A stretch of DNA of 64,000 nucleotides, taken from Escherichia phage FriedrichZschokke. The DNA lies in the sequence record MZ501067; one strand, written 5' to 3'. The position numbers and the translations under genes are program-made. This document shows, piece after piece, positions 28,976-39,102 of this stretch (positions are counted from its first letter, which is position 1; each line of letters begins with the position of its first letter). Under the pieces are notes generated by a model. It was not told where the DNA came from. It ran no database searches and saw only the letters and a list, made by a program, of their open reading frames with translations.

Positions 28976-29161
28976 TTAAAGCGTATTCACATAAGCTATT
29001 AATTCATTTTCTTTCTTATCAAACCGATCAGCAAATTCTTCCTGCTGTTCGGGAGATAGCGGGCCGTATTCATCATAAAAGGTGTTTGCTTCTATATGCT
29101 CATCTAGAAGTTCATGGATAAGCTCAAACAATTTATCTTTTTGTTCTTTACTCAGACTCAT
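28976..29161 (-). CDS. Hypothetical acidic protein
   Basis: 61 aa ORF. Confidence 0.45.
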   Translation of the reverse strand: MSLSKEQKDKLFELIHELLDEHIEANTFYDEYGPLSPEQQEEFADRFDKKENELIAYVNTL

Positions 29162-29327
29162 ATATTAATTTCCAGGAGTTTTAAAATAATTCGCTTTTGC
29201 TTAAATATTTCCATAGTTAAATGACCAGTATCTTTTTGACCGATTCCAATGGCAAAACCTTTATTAACAGCGAGTTCAATTAAATTATCAAGCTCACGTA
29301 ACACTTCGTATTGTAACTCAAAACTAT

Positions 29328-29540
29328 TCATTTTGGTTTACCTTCTTTAACGAAATCAGGATAAGGATAAAATCCTGAATAAAATCCTTCACCTTTATGA
29401 TTGATGCATCCTTTATTAGAACAATAGCACCAATAATCGAAATCACAAGCCATTTCATCATTACATAAAGCAAAAACAACAGGCCATTTACACTTTTCAC
29501 AATGGGCATTTTTAAGAATACTAGTTTGGCTCATAACCAT
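29328..29540 (-). CDS. Small Cys-rich protein (8 Cys, putative zinc-binding)
   Basis: HCEKCKW...CNDEMACDFDYWCYCSNKGC; start uncertain. Confidence 0.4.
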   Translation of the reverse strand: MVMSQTSILKNAHCEKCKWPVVFALCNDEMACDFDYWCYCSNKGCINHKGEGFYSGFYPYPDFVKEGKPK

Positions 29541-29743
29541 GTAACCTTTAAGCAATATTCTTCTACATGTTGTTTACGACCTTTCTTATCAATAAAGGTA
29601 TATTCAACGAATGTTCCAATGTAGTCTTTATCTACATCATGTGGACTATTAATTGGACATTTAGTACGGCAAATGCGTTCCCATTGACGAATAATTTCCA
29701 CTTTGTTTTTAGGATCAAACGGATGTGGGTAATGTACTTTCAT
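29531..29743 (-). CDS. Hypothetical protein
   Basis: 70 aa ORF. Confidence 0.4.
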   Translation of the reverse strand: MKVHYPHPFDPKNKVEIIRQWERICRTKCPINSPHDVDKDYIGTFVEYTFIDKKGRKQHVEEYCLKVTWL

Positions 29744-30194
29744 AATCCACCACTATTAAATCAATATCAGGAGTAAACATGTCGATTAATTTAGAAACCT
29801 TATCCCAATCGCCGCCAGCAATACCACAACCTATGCGTGGAATGTAAATTACTGGTTTAAACAAAAGGGTTTCTGCCTGTAGATTTAATTCTATCATGCA
29901 GTTTACTAAAGCACCATAATCAAGATTAGGACCTGGTTCGTATTGCGTATACAGGTTATAGCATATACCAAAACCATTAGGTTTATGTTTAAAAACAATA
30001 GACATATCGCCTAATTTATCACGAGAACCGTACTCAGTAGTGGTTTTATCTATTTCTAAAATTTTGGGATAGGCTCTTGCTAATTGACCAGCTACACCTG
30101 AACCCATAGTATGAAAACAATTGCACCCGTGCGCAATAATATTACCTTGAAGAAATAGGGCGACAATATCGCCCTTGATATATTTTACAATCAT
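29715..30194 (-). CDS. Macrodomain-like protein (putative ADP-ribose binding / ADP-ribosyl hydrolase)
   Basis: 159 aa ORF; GDIV...NxxxxxGxGVAGQL and IGCGIAGG motifs resemble the macrodomain diphosphate-binding loops. Confidence 0.45.
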   Translation of the reverse strand: MIVKYIKGDIVALFLQGNIIAHGCNCFHTMGSGVAGQLARAYPKILEIDKTTTEYGSRDKLGDMSIVFKHKPNGFGICYNLYTQYEPGPNLDYGALVNCMIELNLQAETLLFKPVIYIPRIGCGIAGGDWDKVSKLIDMFTPDIDLIVVDYESTLPTSV

Positions 30195-30532
30195 CTAGTA
30201 CTCAATCCTCGATTATAAGAATCTACCAAACGGTCAACCATTGAATGACAAGCGGCTTTATCTTTCTCCTCCGCAACTGAACATTCTAAGGTATTCCACT
30301 TTTTAGCATATCGTTTTAACAATGTATCATTTTTGTATCTGCTTGATTTATCTCTTTCTCCGTCTTTATATGCATATATTAATTTCTGCGCAAATTCAGC
30401 TTGGCATGCTTTATTTTTCCCGCAATAATCCGCTGCAGTACGGTTTACATACTCTCTAATTTCAGTATATGATGTATCTGCTAACGCAGAAAATGAAATT
30501 AATCCTATACATAAAACCAAAATTTTAGTCAT
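30191..30532 (-). CDS. Secreted protein with signal peptide (T4 vs position)
   Basis: 113 aa ORF MTKILVLCIGLISFSALA...; synteny only. Confidence 0.45.
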   Translation of the reverse strand: MTKILVLCIGLISFSALADTSYTEIREYVNRTAADYCGKNKACQAEFAQKLIYAYKDGERDKSSRYKNDTLLKRYAKKWNTLECSVAEEKDKAACHSMVDRLVDSYNRGLSTR

Positions 30533-31070
30533 TTACTATTTCCAAAAGTTTATTATTTTTAAGGTAATTAGCCTTTTCTAGGACTTCAGAAGCATATTTA
30601 GAACCTGCTTTAACATTCCATCCCGAATTATAAGAGGATATTGCTTTTCTTATATCGCCCTTATGTATATTTAACCAATAAGAAAGTTCAATGTACGCCC
30701 AGGAAGCTGAATTGGACCGTTTATTCAACATTCTTTTTATTTCAGCATCGGTCATATTATAACCAAGTTCCTTAACTCTTGCTCGCATAGTAGGCAAATA
30801 ATTTTGGAACATTCCGTAGGCGTGATGCTTTGGTTTAGATTTTAAATTAACTCCGCCAGAGCTTTCTTGCCATAAAATAGCAGCCATTATATGACCTAAT
30901 CCGCTCTTGTGGATATTTTTATGTGTTTTATATTTTCCATCCTTAGAAAATTGTTCCCCGAATTGATACGCGTAACGCATGTTATCGAGTTGGACATTAC
31001 TGAAAGTATGCTCGGAGCTATGTGCCATCATTGAAATGGCCAATAGACCAGCGAGTAGTGCTTTTCTCAT
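30525..31070 (-). CDS. Secreted lytic-transglycosylase-like protein (SLT-like motifs)
   Basis: 181 aa ORF with signal peptide and ES...GMFQ...Y motifs. Confidence 0.5.
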   Translation of the reverse strand: MRKALLAGLLAISMMAHSSEHTFSNVQLDNMRYAYQFGEQFSKDGKYKTHKNIHKSGLGHIMAAILWQESSGGVNLKSKPKHHAYGMFQNYLPTMRARVKELGYNMTDAEIKRMLNKRSNSASWAYIELSYWLNIHKGDIRKAISSYNSGWNVKAGSKYASEVLEKANYLKNNKLLEIVND

Positions 31071-31077
31071 GCTTACC

Positions 31078-31539
31078 TCATTGAGTTTTAATTACTGCTT
31101 TAGAAGCCTTTCCTGGTAAACGACGACTGTTGATAATTGCCATCCTGCATTGAAGTGACGGGTCTTTGAACTTCTCATTAGGCTTACAAACCGTAAATCC
31201 AAGCCAAAGATTTCCATCTGTGATTTCTAAACGTCCAGGACGATATTCAACCCCATCAATAAAATCCTCGTCAATGTCAGGACGCGGAGGCATACTCAGG
31301 AATTCATTAACTTCTAAAACATGGTCTTTTATTTTATGGAATAATTCAAAAACATATGTCTCATCAATCTCCCGTTGAATTGCACGATCAAGAAGATGTT
31401 GAGAATATTTTAGATGAAACGATGAGACTCCTGCTGCTTTTGATGCCTCACGAATCTCATTGTTAATTTGACGAAACTCCGACTCAAAGTGACGACGAAG
31501 CTTATTTCGACGGATAAAAACTTCTGTATTGATAGTCAT
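31078..31539 (-). CDS. regB: Site-specific endoribonuclease RegB
   Basis: 153 aa ORF MTINTEVFIRRNKLRRHFESEF... at the T4 regB position and of the same length. Confidence 0.8.
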   Translation of the reverse strand: MTINTEVFIRRNKLRRHFESEFRQINNEIREASKAAGVSSFHLKYSQHLLDRAIQREIDETYVFELFHKIKDHVLEVNEFLSMPPRPDIDEDFIDGVEYRPGRLEITDGNLWLGFTVCKPNEKFKDPSLQCRMAIINSRRLPGKASKAVIKTQ

Positions 31540-31566
31540 GTTGTTCTCCTCTTAACTGATAGAAAA

Positions 31567-31595
31567 ATTATACCACAGTCAAGAGGAAAAGTAAA
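31567..31595 (-). promoter_or_regulatory. T4-type early promoter upstream of regB
   Basis: Minus strand TTTACT-N17-TATAAT. Confidence 0.5.
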
Positions 31596-31598
31596 CAG

Positions 31599-31877
31599 TT
31601 ATTCTTTAAATCTAATCAATTTATTCATAGACTTTGAAACTTCTGCACGAACCTCATGTAAGTTTTTAAGCTGTTCAAGACGCTGCTCATAGTAAGCAAT
31701 TTCATCTTCTTCGAGACAGTCCTGTGAATCTTCTTTAAGATAGCGTGCATAGTCCTGGAAAGCTTTACGGACTACTTCCTGGAAGTCATCAAGACTTTGA
31801 ATTTTCTTAGGAGCGGCAGATACACGACGAGGGGCAGTATAATACTCATAACCAAACCCTGCACTTAATTGAGCCAT
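31599..31877 (-). CDS. Hypothetical protein (T4 vs.3 position)
   Basis: ORF 31599..31919 trimmed to the internal ATG ([13 protein letters not shown]). Confidence 0.4.
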   Translation of the reverse strand: MAQLSAGFGYEYYTAPRRVSAAPKKIQSLDDFQEVVRKAFQDYARYLKEDSQDCLEEDEIAYYEQRLEQLKNLHEVRAEVSKSMNKLIRFKE

Positions 31878-32143
31878 TAGTATTTTTCCTCTGGTTGGAA
31901 CACAGCACGGCAAGCCCACATACTTGCTTCTTTGAGTTTCGTTTTAGCAATAGTTAACTGATCGAGGCTTTCGGCGTAATTCTTCGCGAGTTCATCATCT
32001 TCACAGCTATCAAATGCTTCCCAGAATTCATCGTATAAAGCGTCAAAGATAAGTCCTAAACGAACTTCAGCGTCTTTGATAGCATTCACTTTACCGATTT
32101 TCTCTTCAGTATGCGGCTTATAACCTTTAATGTCTTCAATCAT
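31877..32143 (-). CDS. Small helical protein at the T4 vs.4 position (possible Acb2-type anti-CBASS sponge, by synteny only)
   Basis: ORF 31877..32179 trimmed to the internal ATG ([15 protein letters not shown]); position between regB and the GrcA-like gene. Confidence 0.3.
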   Translation of the reverse strand: MIEDIKGYKPHTEEKIGKVNAIKDAEVRLGLIFDALYDEFWEAFDSCEDDELAKNYAESLDQLTIAKTKLKEASMWACRAVFQPEEKY

Positions 32144-32357
32144 ATTTGACTTCCTCACCAGTACATAAATCGTATTCAACTAAACGAATAGGTTCATGAA
32201 TGCCATATCCCTGAACAGAAATTTCTGTAGTAGGATAAATTCCATCAATATCACCCATATTCCACGCTTCGTTAAATTGCTGTTCGCCTGAATTACTAAA
32301 CCACTCGGCGAAAGCATTTAGCACATCTTTAGAACCTTCAATAATTATCTTTGCCAT
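32136..32357 (-). CDS. Hypothetical protein
   Basis: 73 aa ORF. Confidence 0.45.
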   Translation of the reverse strand: MAKIIIEGSKDVLNAFAEWFSNSGEQQFNEAWNMGDIDGIYPTTEISVQGYGIHEPIRLVEYDLCTGEEVKYD

Positions 32358-32719
32358 TATAAGCTCTCAGTAAAGGTACGAGCAATAACGTCGCGCTGCT
32401 GTTCCGGAGTCAGAGAGTTAAAGCGAACTGCATAACCGGATACACGGATGGTCAGCTGCGGATATTTTTCCGGATGCTTAACTGCATCTTCCAGAGTTTC
32501 ACGACGCAGAACGTTAACGTTCAGGTGTTGACCACCTTCAATTTTAACTGTAGGCTGTGGCTCAATTTCAATTTCACGAGCATGCAAACCGTAGAAAATT
32601 TCTGGGTCTACAAAAGAGTCCTCTTTAAAGGTTTTAGAGACAATAATTCGTGCTTGAATACCATCTTCAAAATAAATAGTACCTTTATGTGTGCCTTCAA
32701 GAATTTGATATGCTTTCAT
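32357..32719 (-). CDS. Autonomous glycyl-radical cofactor (GrcA/YfiD-like)
   Basis: 120 aa ORF whose C-terminal ~60 aa ([59 protein letters not shown]) carry the RVSGY glycyl radical motif. Confidence 0.85.
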   Translation of the reverse strand: MKAYQILEGTHKGTIYFEDGIQARIIVSKTFKEDSFVDPEIFYGLHAREIEIEPQPTVKIEGGQHLNVNVLRRETLEDAVKHPEKYPQLTIRVSGYAVRFNSLTPEQQRDVIARTFTESL

Positions 32720-32726
32720 ATAAACC

Positions 32727-33053
32727 TCAATTAGAAAATAAATTTATCCAAGATTGTTCTTTAATTAAAAATGGCTCAGAATCATATGCCATTAAACTTT
32801 GGGTGATTAGTCCTTTAAAAGGTCCATCAATAAATTCCATGGTAAAATATGGAATTTTATTCATTAACTGTGCGTTAGGAGCAGTGCACAAAACTCTGCA
32901 TCCTTTGAATACACCTTTTTGTAATTTGTATTGCTTGGGATAAAATTCGCTTAAAATGTTGTTATTTGCCAAAATTTCAAAATGATTTACCAATTTATTT
33001 TTAATAGTTTTTGGCGAAAAATAGAGATATTCGAAAAGCTGTGTGTCTGTCAT
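32727..33053 (-). CDS. Hypothetical protein
   Basis: ORF 32727..33107 trimmed to ATG at 33053 (MTDTQLFEY), overlapping the upstream stop in TAATG. Confidence 0.45.
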   Translation of the reverse strand: MTDTQLFEYLYFSPKTIKNKLVNHFEILANNNILSEFYPKQYKLQKGVFKGCRVLCTAPNAQLMNKIPYFTMEFIDGPFKGLITQSLMAYDSEPFLIKEQSWINLFSN

Positions 33054-33649
33054 TATTGCATTCCGATTACGAAAAACTGTGGACGAGTAATACCACCAAT
33101 GCAACATTTACTATTACAGCAGTAGTGTACAGTGTCAATATGGACGCTATAAATCTTATCCATATCAGGAGATTTGACAGGCTCATCAATTATATACAAA
33201 ATTCGCGAAAGCGATAAACCTCTGAACTTGCTTCCTTTATTACCAATAAAACTGCGTACAGAATCAGTAAATAAACGAAAACGTATATCATCATTAGAAT
33301 AACGCGAAAATTCCTTTTTAATGTTATTTGCAGAAATTTTAGCGTAAGCTGAAGTATTAGAAAGAACAATAACTGTTCCGCCATCATACAGCCAATTAGC
33401 AGCAAAGTTAGTCACAGCAATTGATTTACCAGATTGACGTCCACCATCTATACGAAGTGTGCAGTACTGCTTAAGTAATTCTTCAAATGGCGGGATATAT
33501 TCGTTTTTACAAATTTCTTCTACTCTAGCATCAGAATGGTGTGTAAAAGCATTCATCAGGGATAGATACGGGCCAGTTAAAAATGTTCTCATATTTTCTC
33601 TCTTAATTTTTGGGCCATTCCATGGCACATGAGTTGTCCATTCCTGCAT
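33053..33649 (-). CDS. Small P-loop NTPase-like protein
   Basis: Walker A-like GGRQSGKS and Walker B-like LYIIDEP; start uncertain. Confidence 0.45.
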   Translation of the reverse strand: MQEWTTHVPWNGPKIKRENMRTFLTGPYLSLMNAFTHHSDARVEEICKNEYIPPFEELLKQYCTLRIDGGRQSGKSIAVTNFAANWLYDGGTVIVLSNTSAYAKISANNIKKEFSRYSNDDIRFRLFTDSVRSFIGNKGSKFRGLSLSRILYIIDEPVKSPDMDKIYSVHIDTVHYCCNSKCCIGGITRPQFFVIGMQ

Positions 33650-33727
33650 TACCCATTACCGCGCTTTGGCTCGACCTTATCACAGGTTGACGGGAATACC
33701 TCAAATGAGGTCCAGGCTGTTCCCATA

Positions 33728-34201
33728 TTATTTGAACGATTTAACGTACTGAATAGAACCTTTACTATTTACAAAGGCAATTTTACCATTTTTACTATAC
33801 ATGGTAGCAGTACGTTGATAACCATAAGTTTGTTTACCAGATTGATAACCAACTAATGCGAAATTATCTTCGCCCATTTTATTCTGTTTAGCGCGAATGC
33901 GTTCATGACCATGTGCCATAAGAACCTTAGCATCACCGGTTGCAATGGATCGACGAGTTTTTTCATCTTCAACTGTATTAACAAAGTCGTCAAATGAATC
34001 AAATTTAGCATGAGATTTATTATACAGTTTTCCATCTACTGCATAATTATATCCCTGTACATCCATCTCAACTTCTGTACCATCATCCAATACAGCAGTG
34101 ATTTTTTGACCTTTTTTAAATTTCAAAAGATCAGTAAAAGATTCAGCAATAATTTGAGAATTAATAGCTGCTTCAGTGATAAATTCTTGATATGTTTTCA
34201 T
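33728..34201 (-). CDS. Capsid-targeted internal protein (IP-family), 157 aa
   Basis: N-terminal capsid targeting sequence MKTYQEFITE as in T4 internal proteins; body not recognised. Confidence 0.6.
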   Translation of the reverse strand: MKTYQEFITEAAINSQIIAESFTDLLKFKKGQKITAVLDDGTEVEMDVQGYNYAVDGKLYNKSHAKFDSFDDFVNTVEDEKTRRSIATGDAKVLMAHGHERIRAKQNKMGEDNFALVGYQSGKQTYGYQRTATMYSKNGKIAFVNSKGSIQYVKSFK

Positions 34202-34217
34202 ATGATTCCTTTAATTT

Positions 34218-34535
34218 TTATTCTTTAGGAAAATTTTTAGAATATGCGTCGTAAAGCTTATTTCCAATACGACGAAAAACTCTAGCTGCAAAACGATTTT
34301 CTGGGTTTTTAATCATAATTTGCATCATATAAGTACCCGCGTCTGAAAGAGCTTCTTCATAGTACCCGTTAATTTCTTTAAGAGTCCTACGTTTACCACC
34401 AGGACCATCAACAGTGATTTTCCATTTACCTGTAGAAGTGCGACTCGGCGGCTCAACTTGTTCAATCCAAATATAACCGCCTTCTACACGTTGTCCTGCA
34501 GCAGATTCTGCAATAAATTCTTGATATGTTTTCAT
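34218..34535 (-). CDS. Capsid-targeted internal protein (IP-family), 105 aa
   Basis: N-terminal MKTYQEFIAE capsid targeting sequence. Confidence 0.6.
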   Translation of the reverse strand: MKTYQEFIAESAAGQRVEGGYIWIEQVEPPSRTSTGKWKITVDGPGGKRRTLKEINGYYEEALSDAGTYMMQIMIKNPENRFAARVFRRIGNKLYDAYSKNFPKE

Positions 34536-34544
34536 ATGTTTCCT

Positions 34545-34961
34545 TTAAATGTAAATATTTTTACCGTAATACTTATACCAATGTGGTTTCATTAAAATTT
34601 TTTCATCAAGTCGTTGTTGACTCAATTTAATAGCTGATTTGCATGGATTATAATCATTTTTCCATTCTACTGGAATATCGCTGATGTCAGGAACTTCAGT
34701 ATCTTTTATACTGAACCCTCGTTTTAAGCATTCCGTTATAATGTCTAATTGACGCTTTCGCAAAAATTCTAACTTATCGTAAAAGAAAGTAACATGACCA
34801 GAACCTAAAATAAATTTAGAAGATATTTTAAAATCTTTAACGCGCTTACCGTTTGCCACATGCTTACGAACTATACCAAAAACACGCGGCAATTCACGGT
34901 ATTCTGCGATTAAATGTTGATCAGCAAGTTCAGATACTAAAGTCAAATTAATACGAGTCAT
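34545..34961 (-). CDS. denV: Endonuclease V (pyrimidine dimer DNA glycosylase) DenV
   Basis: 138 aa [31 protein letters not shown]... matches T4 DenV, with divergence in the C-terminal half. Confidence 0.9.
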   Translation of the reverse strand: MTRINLTLVSELADQHLIAEYRELPRVFGIVRKHVANGKRVKDFKISSKFILGSGHVTFFYDKLEFLRKRQLDIITECLKRGFSIKDTEVPDISDIPVEWKNDYNPCKSAIKLSQQRLDEKILMKPHWYKYYGKNIYI

Positions 34962-34985
34962 TTTATCCCTCCAAGTAACTGTGAA

Positions 34986-35014
34986 TATACTATCACAATT
35001 CTAGGAGAAAGTAA
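34986..35014 (-). promoter_or_regulatory. T4-type early promoter upstream of denV
   Basis: Minus strand TTTACT-N17-TAGTAT. Confidence 0.4.
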
Positions 35015-35020
35015 ACAACT

Positions 35021-35989
<969 letters not shown>

Positions 35990-36008
<19 letters not shown>

Positions 36009-36478
36009 TCAGTGATAAAGTTATTTAAATTTTGAGTATATTTCTTTTCATCAAAAATCCTTTGTTGTCTGCGTAGCCGCCATGGCATTTCAATGAACGT
36101 GTACCATATCCCAGATAATATTGCTGCTGTAAAAATATTAACAAGTATGGTTAAAAGAATCCAATCTCCTATTCTGTCCATTGGATTTTTTATAAAAAAG
36201 TAAAATACGAATGATGTCACAGGAAAACTAATAATGTACCACAGAATCATAATTTTATCTGTGAACCAATCAGCATTTGTTAACTTAGCACGACCATTAT
36301 GAATACACACGAATTTATCATCTGTTATAATAGATGGCTTAGCTGCTTGATATCCCATTCTAAACTCCCTAATCAACAAATTTTTCATATCTTCGGAACA
36401 ACCATTCCAGTCAACTCTATTAACTGAAATGCCATCATCCCCATCATCTAAATCATACCAGCGAGTTTTTAAAATCAT
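35990..36478 (-). CDS. Membrane protein (e.2-type); C-terminal FITECRKLK
   Basis: 162 aa ORF with transmembrane segments. Confidence 0.5.
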
Positions 36479-36849
36479 TTAATTTTCCTACAATCATTCA
36501 CGAATTCTTTCATTGATTCATTTTCAATATAAGACATGTAGTTATTATATTCTTTTAATTGTATTTTGTAATCCTTTTTTCTTTGCCAATTTATTTTAAA
36601 ATTATCATAATGAAAATATAAAATGATACTAAAGAATGAAAATAATGAAATTGCTATAGTATAATGAAGTTCACTCCAAACTTCTATTATATCTACTATA
36701 CCGCTGACGTTACTGCGGATGTTTAAAATAATACAGTCAATCATTAATCCAATAAGACTACCAGCAAGAGCTGCAGCCAACGCCACAGCAAAAATTAAAA
36801 ATGACTCAGAAAAAGAATATTTGACTTTATTTAGTTTTGGCTTTTGCAT
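36475..36849 (-). CDS. Membrane protein; C-terminal FVNDCRKIK
   Basis: 124 aa ORF with transmembrane segments. Confidence 0.5.
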   Translation of the reverse strand: MQKPKLNKVKYSFSESFLIFAVALAAALAGSLIGLMIDCIILNIRSNVSGIVDIIEVWSELHYTIAISLFSFFSIILYFHYDNFKINWQRKKDYKIQLKEYNNYMSYIENESMKEFVNDCRKIK

Positions 36850-37223
36850 CGTGATTCCTTAACAAATTTCATAATTTCATTAAATTCATACATATTTAGT
36901 TTAAGCTGGTGTTCCTTTTTAATCTTTTTACACTGAGCTTTCCATTCACGTACACGTTTACGATAATGCCTTCCTTGATACCAATATCCTACCCAATTTA
37001 CAGGTACCAATAAAAATGGAACTACTAATGGAAGAATTAATACTAACAAAAATATTACGCCAGATTTAATATCAGTCATAAAGTCTATAACCATTCCAAC
37101 AATCAATAGAATTACAAATGATATAGCTGTCACAGGACCTATTAATACATCAGTAGGAATTAGCTGACGTTTTAGTTCATACTTCACAGGTTCACTTGGA
37201 AGGTATAGTGATGGCTTTGACAT
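36831..37223 (-). CDS. Membrane protein; C-terminal FVKESRCKSQN
   Basis: ORF 36831..37244 trimmed to ATG (MSKPSLYLP), which has an AAGGAA Shine-Dalgarno. Confidence 0.5.
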   Translation of the reverse strand: MSKPSLYLPSEPVKYELKRQLIPTDVLIGPVTAISFVILLIVGMVIDFMTDIKSGVIFLLVLILPLVVPFLLVPVNWVGYWYQGRHYRKRVREWKAQCKKIKKEHQLKLNMYEFNEIMKFVKESRCKSQN

Positions 37224-37797
37224 ATTCTCTACATTCCTTAACAAATTTTTCTAATAATAAATCGCTTTCAAAATTAGGATTTTCTACGAATTTATCAAAA
37301 AGATCATCAACAATAGTTAAGATATTCTTTTTACTAAGAATACGTTTATTTTCATGCTTTGTTTCAGAATCAACTATAAGAGTAAAGAAATATTTCTTGC
37401 CCTGAAATTTTACAGTAGTATCAATATAGAATAAATTTGACTTTTGTAAATTACGTTTAAACCATGCATCACTTAAACTATAAACACCAAGATAATCATA
37501 ATCGTCGTTTAAATAACATACTGTCCATTCAGGAGAAATGAAATCAGTAAATTCAACATCAAAATCACATGTTAATGAATGAATTGATTCAATACTGTTA
37601 ATAAGTATTCCAGGACGTATTAAAGACTTTTTACCTTTATAAAATCCAGAAAGACTTTCATCAGTTTCATATGAAGAACCCCAATAATAATTACGTCCTT
37701 CTGCCATACGTTTAAGAGCATTTAATAATTGGTCTGGAACATCAACCTGTCTTTGGAACTCTTCAAACATTGAATTGAAATCACTTTGCATTTTCAT
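37192..37797 (-). CDS. Hypothetical protein; C-terminal FVKECREYV
   Basis: 201 aa ORF. Confidence 0.5.
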   Translation of the reverse strand: MKMQSDFNSMFEEFQRQVDVPDQLLNALKRMAEGRNYYWGSSYETDESLSGFYKGKKSLIRPGILINSIESIHSLTCDFDVEFTDFISPEWTVCYLNDDYDYLGVYSLSDAWFKRNLQKSNLFYIDTTVKFQGKKYFFTLIVDSETKHENKRILSKKNILTIVDDLFDKFVENPNFESDLLLEKFVKECREYVKAITIPSK

Positions 37798-37817
37798 TCC
37801 TACTTACTCCAAGTAAT

Positions 37818-37833
37818 AGGGGCCGAAGCCCCT
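37818..37833 (-). other. Intercistronic UUCG-tetraloop hairpin
   Basis: AGGGGC-CGAA-GCCCCT inverted repeat. Confidence 0.5.
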
Positions 37834-37838
37834 TATCA

Positions 37839-38432
37839 TTATTTCAGAGAATTAATGTATTCCTGAACATCGGCAGAGGTAGTTTCAACCCCAGAAATAT
37901 TGCCATTAAAGGTTTCAACTCGAGCAAGAGTATCTTCAATATCAACCTTAGTCAGTGCTGCAATTTCAACTACATCATCAGCAGTACTAATTCCAAGGGC
38001 ATTTGCTGCACGAGTTTCACGGATATATTCCAATTTAACTGCAAGTTCTTGGCGAGCATCATCCAATTCAACTACTTTCTTGGCGATTTCAATTCGCATT
38101 TCAGCATAACCATCAGCTTTAGTAGTCAACTGTTCAGCTGTTCGACGATATAGCAAGCCGAGTTTAGCATGCATTGTTACATCTTGACCTTCAGAAAGAA
38201 GCTTGCGAATTTCACGCTCTTTTGATTCGGCCTGTCGATTCTTTTCGACAATAAGTTCACGAATACGTTTTTCTTCATTAATAGATTTAACAGAAGCAGT
38301 TTTTAGATCTTTAATCTTATCAAGTAGTTTTGCTGCCGCAGCAGTATACTGTTCTTCAACAGATAGATTTTTAGCCATAGCAGAACCAAGTTTAGTGCGA
38401 ATAAACTCAACAATTTTCTTCAGTGTGTTCAT
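37839..38432 (-). CDS. Alpha-helical coiled-coil protein (loosely PspA-like)
   Basis: 197 aa ORF rich in E/K/R/A heptad-like repeats. Confidence 0.5.
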   Translation of the reverse strand: MNTLKKIVEFIRTKLGSAMAKNLSVEEQYTAAAAKLLDKIKDLKTASVKSINEEKRIRELIVEKNRQAESKEREIRKLLSEGQDVTMHAKLGLLYRRTAEQLTTKADGYAEMRIEIAKKVVELDDARQELAVKLEYIRETRAANALGISTADDVVEIAALTKVDIEDTLARVETFNGNISGVETTSADVQEYINSLK

Positions 38433-38489
38433 AGTATTTCCTTAGGTTGGTATAATTAGATAATATCACGTTTCTAATAGATTGTAAAC

Positions 38490-38825
38490 TTATTCTTCGT
38501 CTAGCTCGTCGATAAAGGCGTCGATGGCCTCGACAACGGCATCATTGATAGCCAATAAAATAAAATCATCGTCAGTACCTTTAGAAGATTTTAAAGCATT
38601 GATATATGCTTGGTTGGCGAGTTCCCAAGCCTTTTTAAAATAAGGAGCTTCATCATCGGGGCCAACGAAACGTACGCCTTCAAAGATACGGTTAGCATAA
38701 TCCAATACCCAATGTACAGGTATGTTTTGAGAACGTTCGTTAAACTCTTTAAATTCCTTAGATTCAAAAAGCTCTTCAGGATAATCATTTCTATTACAAA
38801 AAGCTTTACTAAAGTTACGTTTCAT
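38490..38825 (-). CDS. Hypothetical acidic protein
   Basis: 111 aa ORF downstream of an early promoter. Confidence 0.5.
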   Translation of the reverse strand: MKRNFSKAFCNRNDYPEELFESKEFKEFNERSQNIPVHWVLDYANRIFEGVRFVGPDDEAPYFKKAWELANQAYINALKSSKGTDDDFILLAINDAVVEAIDAFIDELDEE

Positions 38826-38850
38826 AATGTTTTCCTTGTGATGATAAGTC

Positions 38851-38880
38851 TATAGTAACGCCTTCATACTTAGATGTAAA
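38851..38880 (-). promoter_or_regulatory. T4-type early promoter
   Basis: Minus strand TTTACA-N17-TACTATA. Confidence 0.45.
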
Positions 38881-39040
38881 CTATTTCAACATCGCCTTTT
38901 GCTGTTTTATAACCTTCAGCCCAAGATACAACCGAGTTTTTATCTGAAGATTCAAATTCTGGCATTGGGCTTTCGCCAATGTTCACGCAGTATGTTTCTT
39001 CATTTTCGTCGAACCAAATAATTAAAGTAGTCATTTATTT
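38876..39040 (-). CDS. Small hypothetical protein, 54 aa (below the ORF-track cut-off)
   Basis: Manual translation MTTLIIWFDENEETYCVNIGESPMPEFESSDK...; GGAG Shine-Dalgarno upstream. Confidence 0.4.
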
Positions 39041-39070
39041 CTCCGTTTCTGTATTTGTTTTGATAAGTCT

Positions 39071-39099
39071 ATAATAACACCATCCTTGGTGTTTGTACA
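39071..39099 (-). promoter_or_regulatory. Early-type promoter with a spacer hairpin
   Basis: Minus strand TGTACA-N17-TATTAT; spacer ACACCAAGGATGGTGT forms a 6-bp stem with a 4-nt loop. Confidence 0.35.
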
Positions 39100-39102
39100 C
39101 AA

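Noticed and set aside
37839-38432. Assigning the 197 aa coiled-coil protein to the PspA/IM30 family
   Set aside because: Only general helical, charged composition is shared; no motif-level match could be verified by eye, so it is left as a generic coiled-coil protein.
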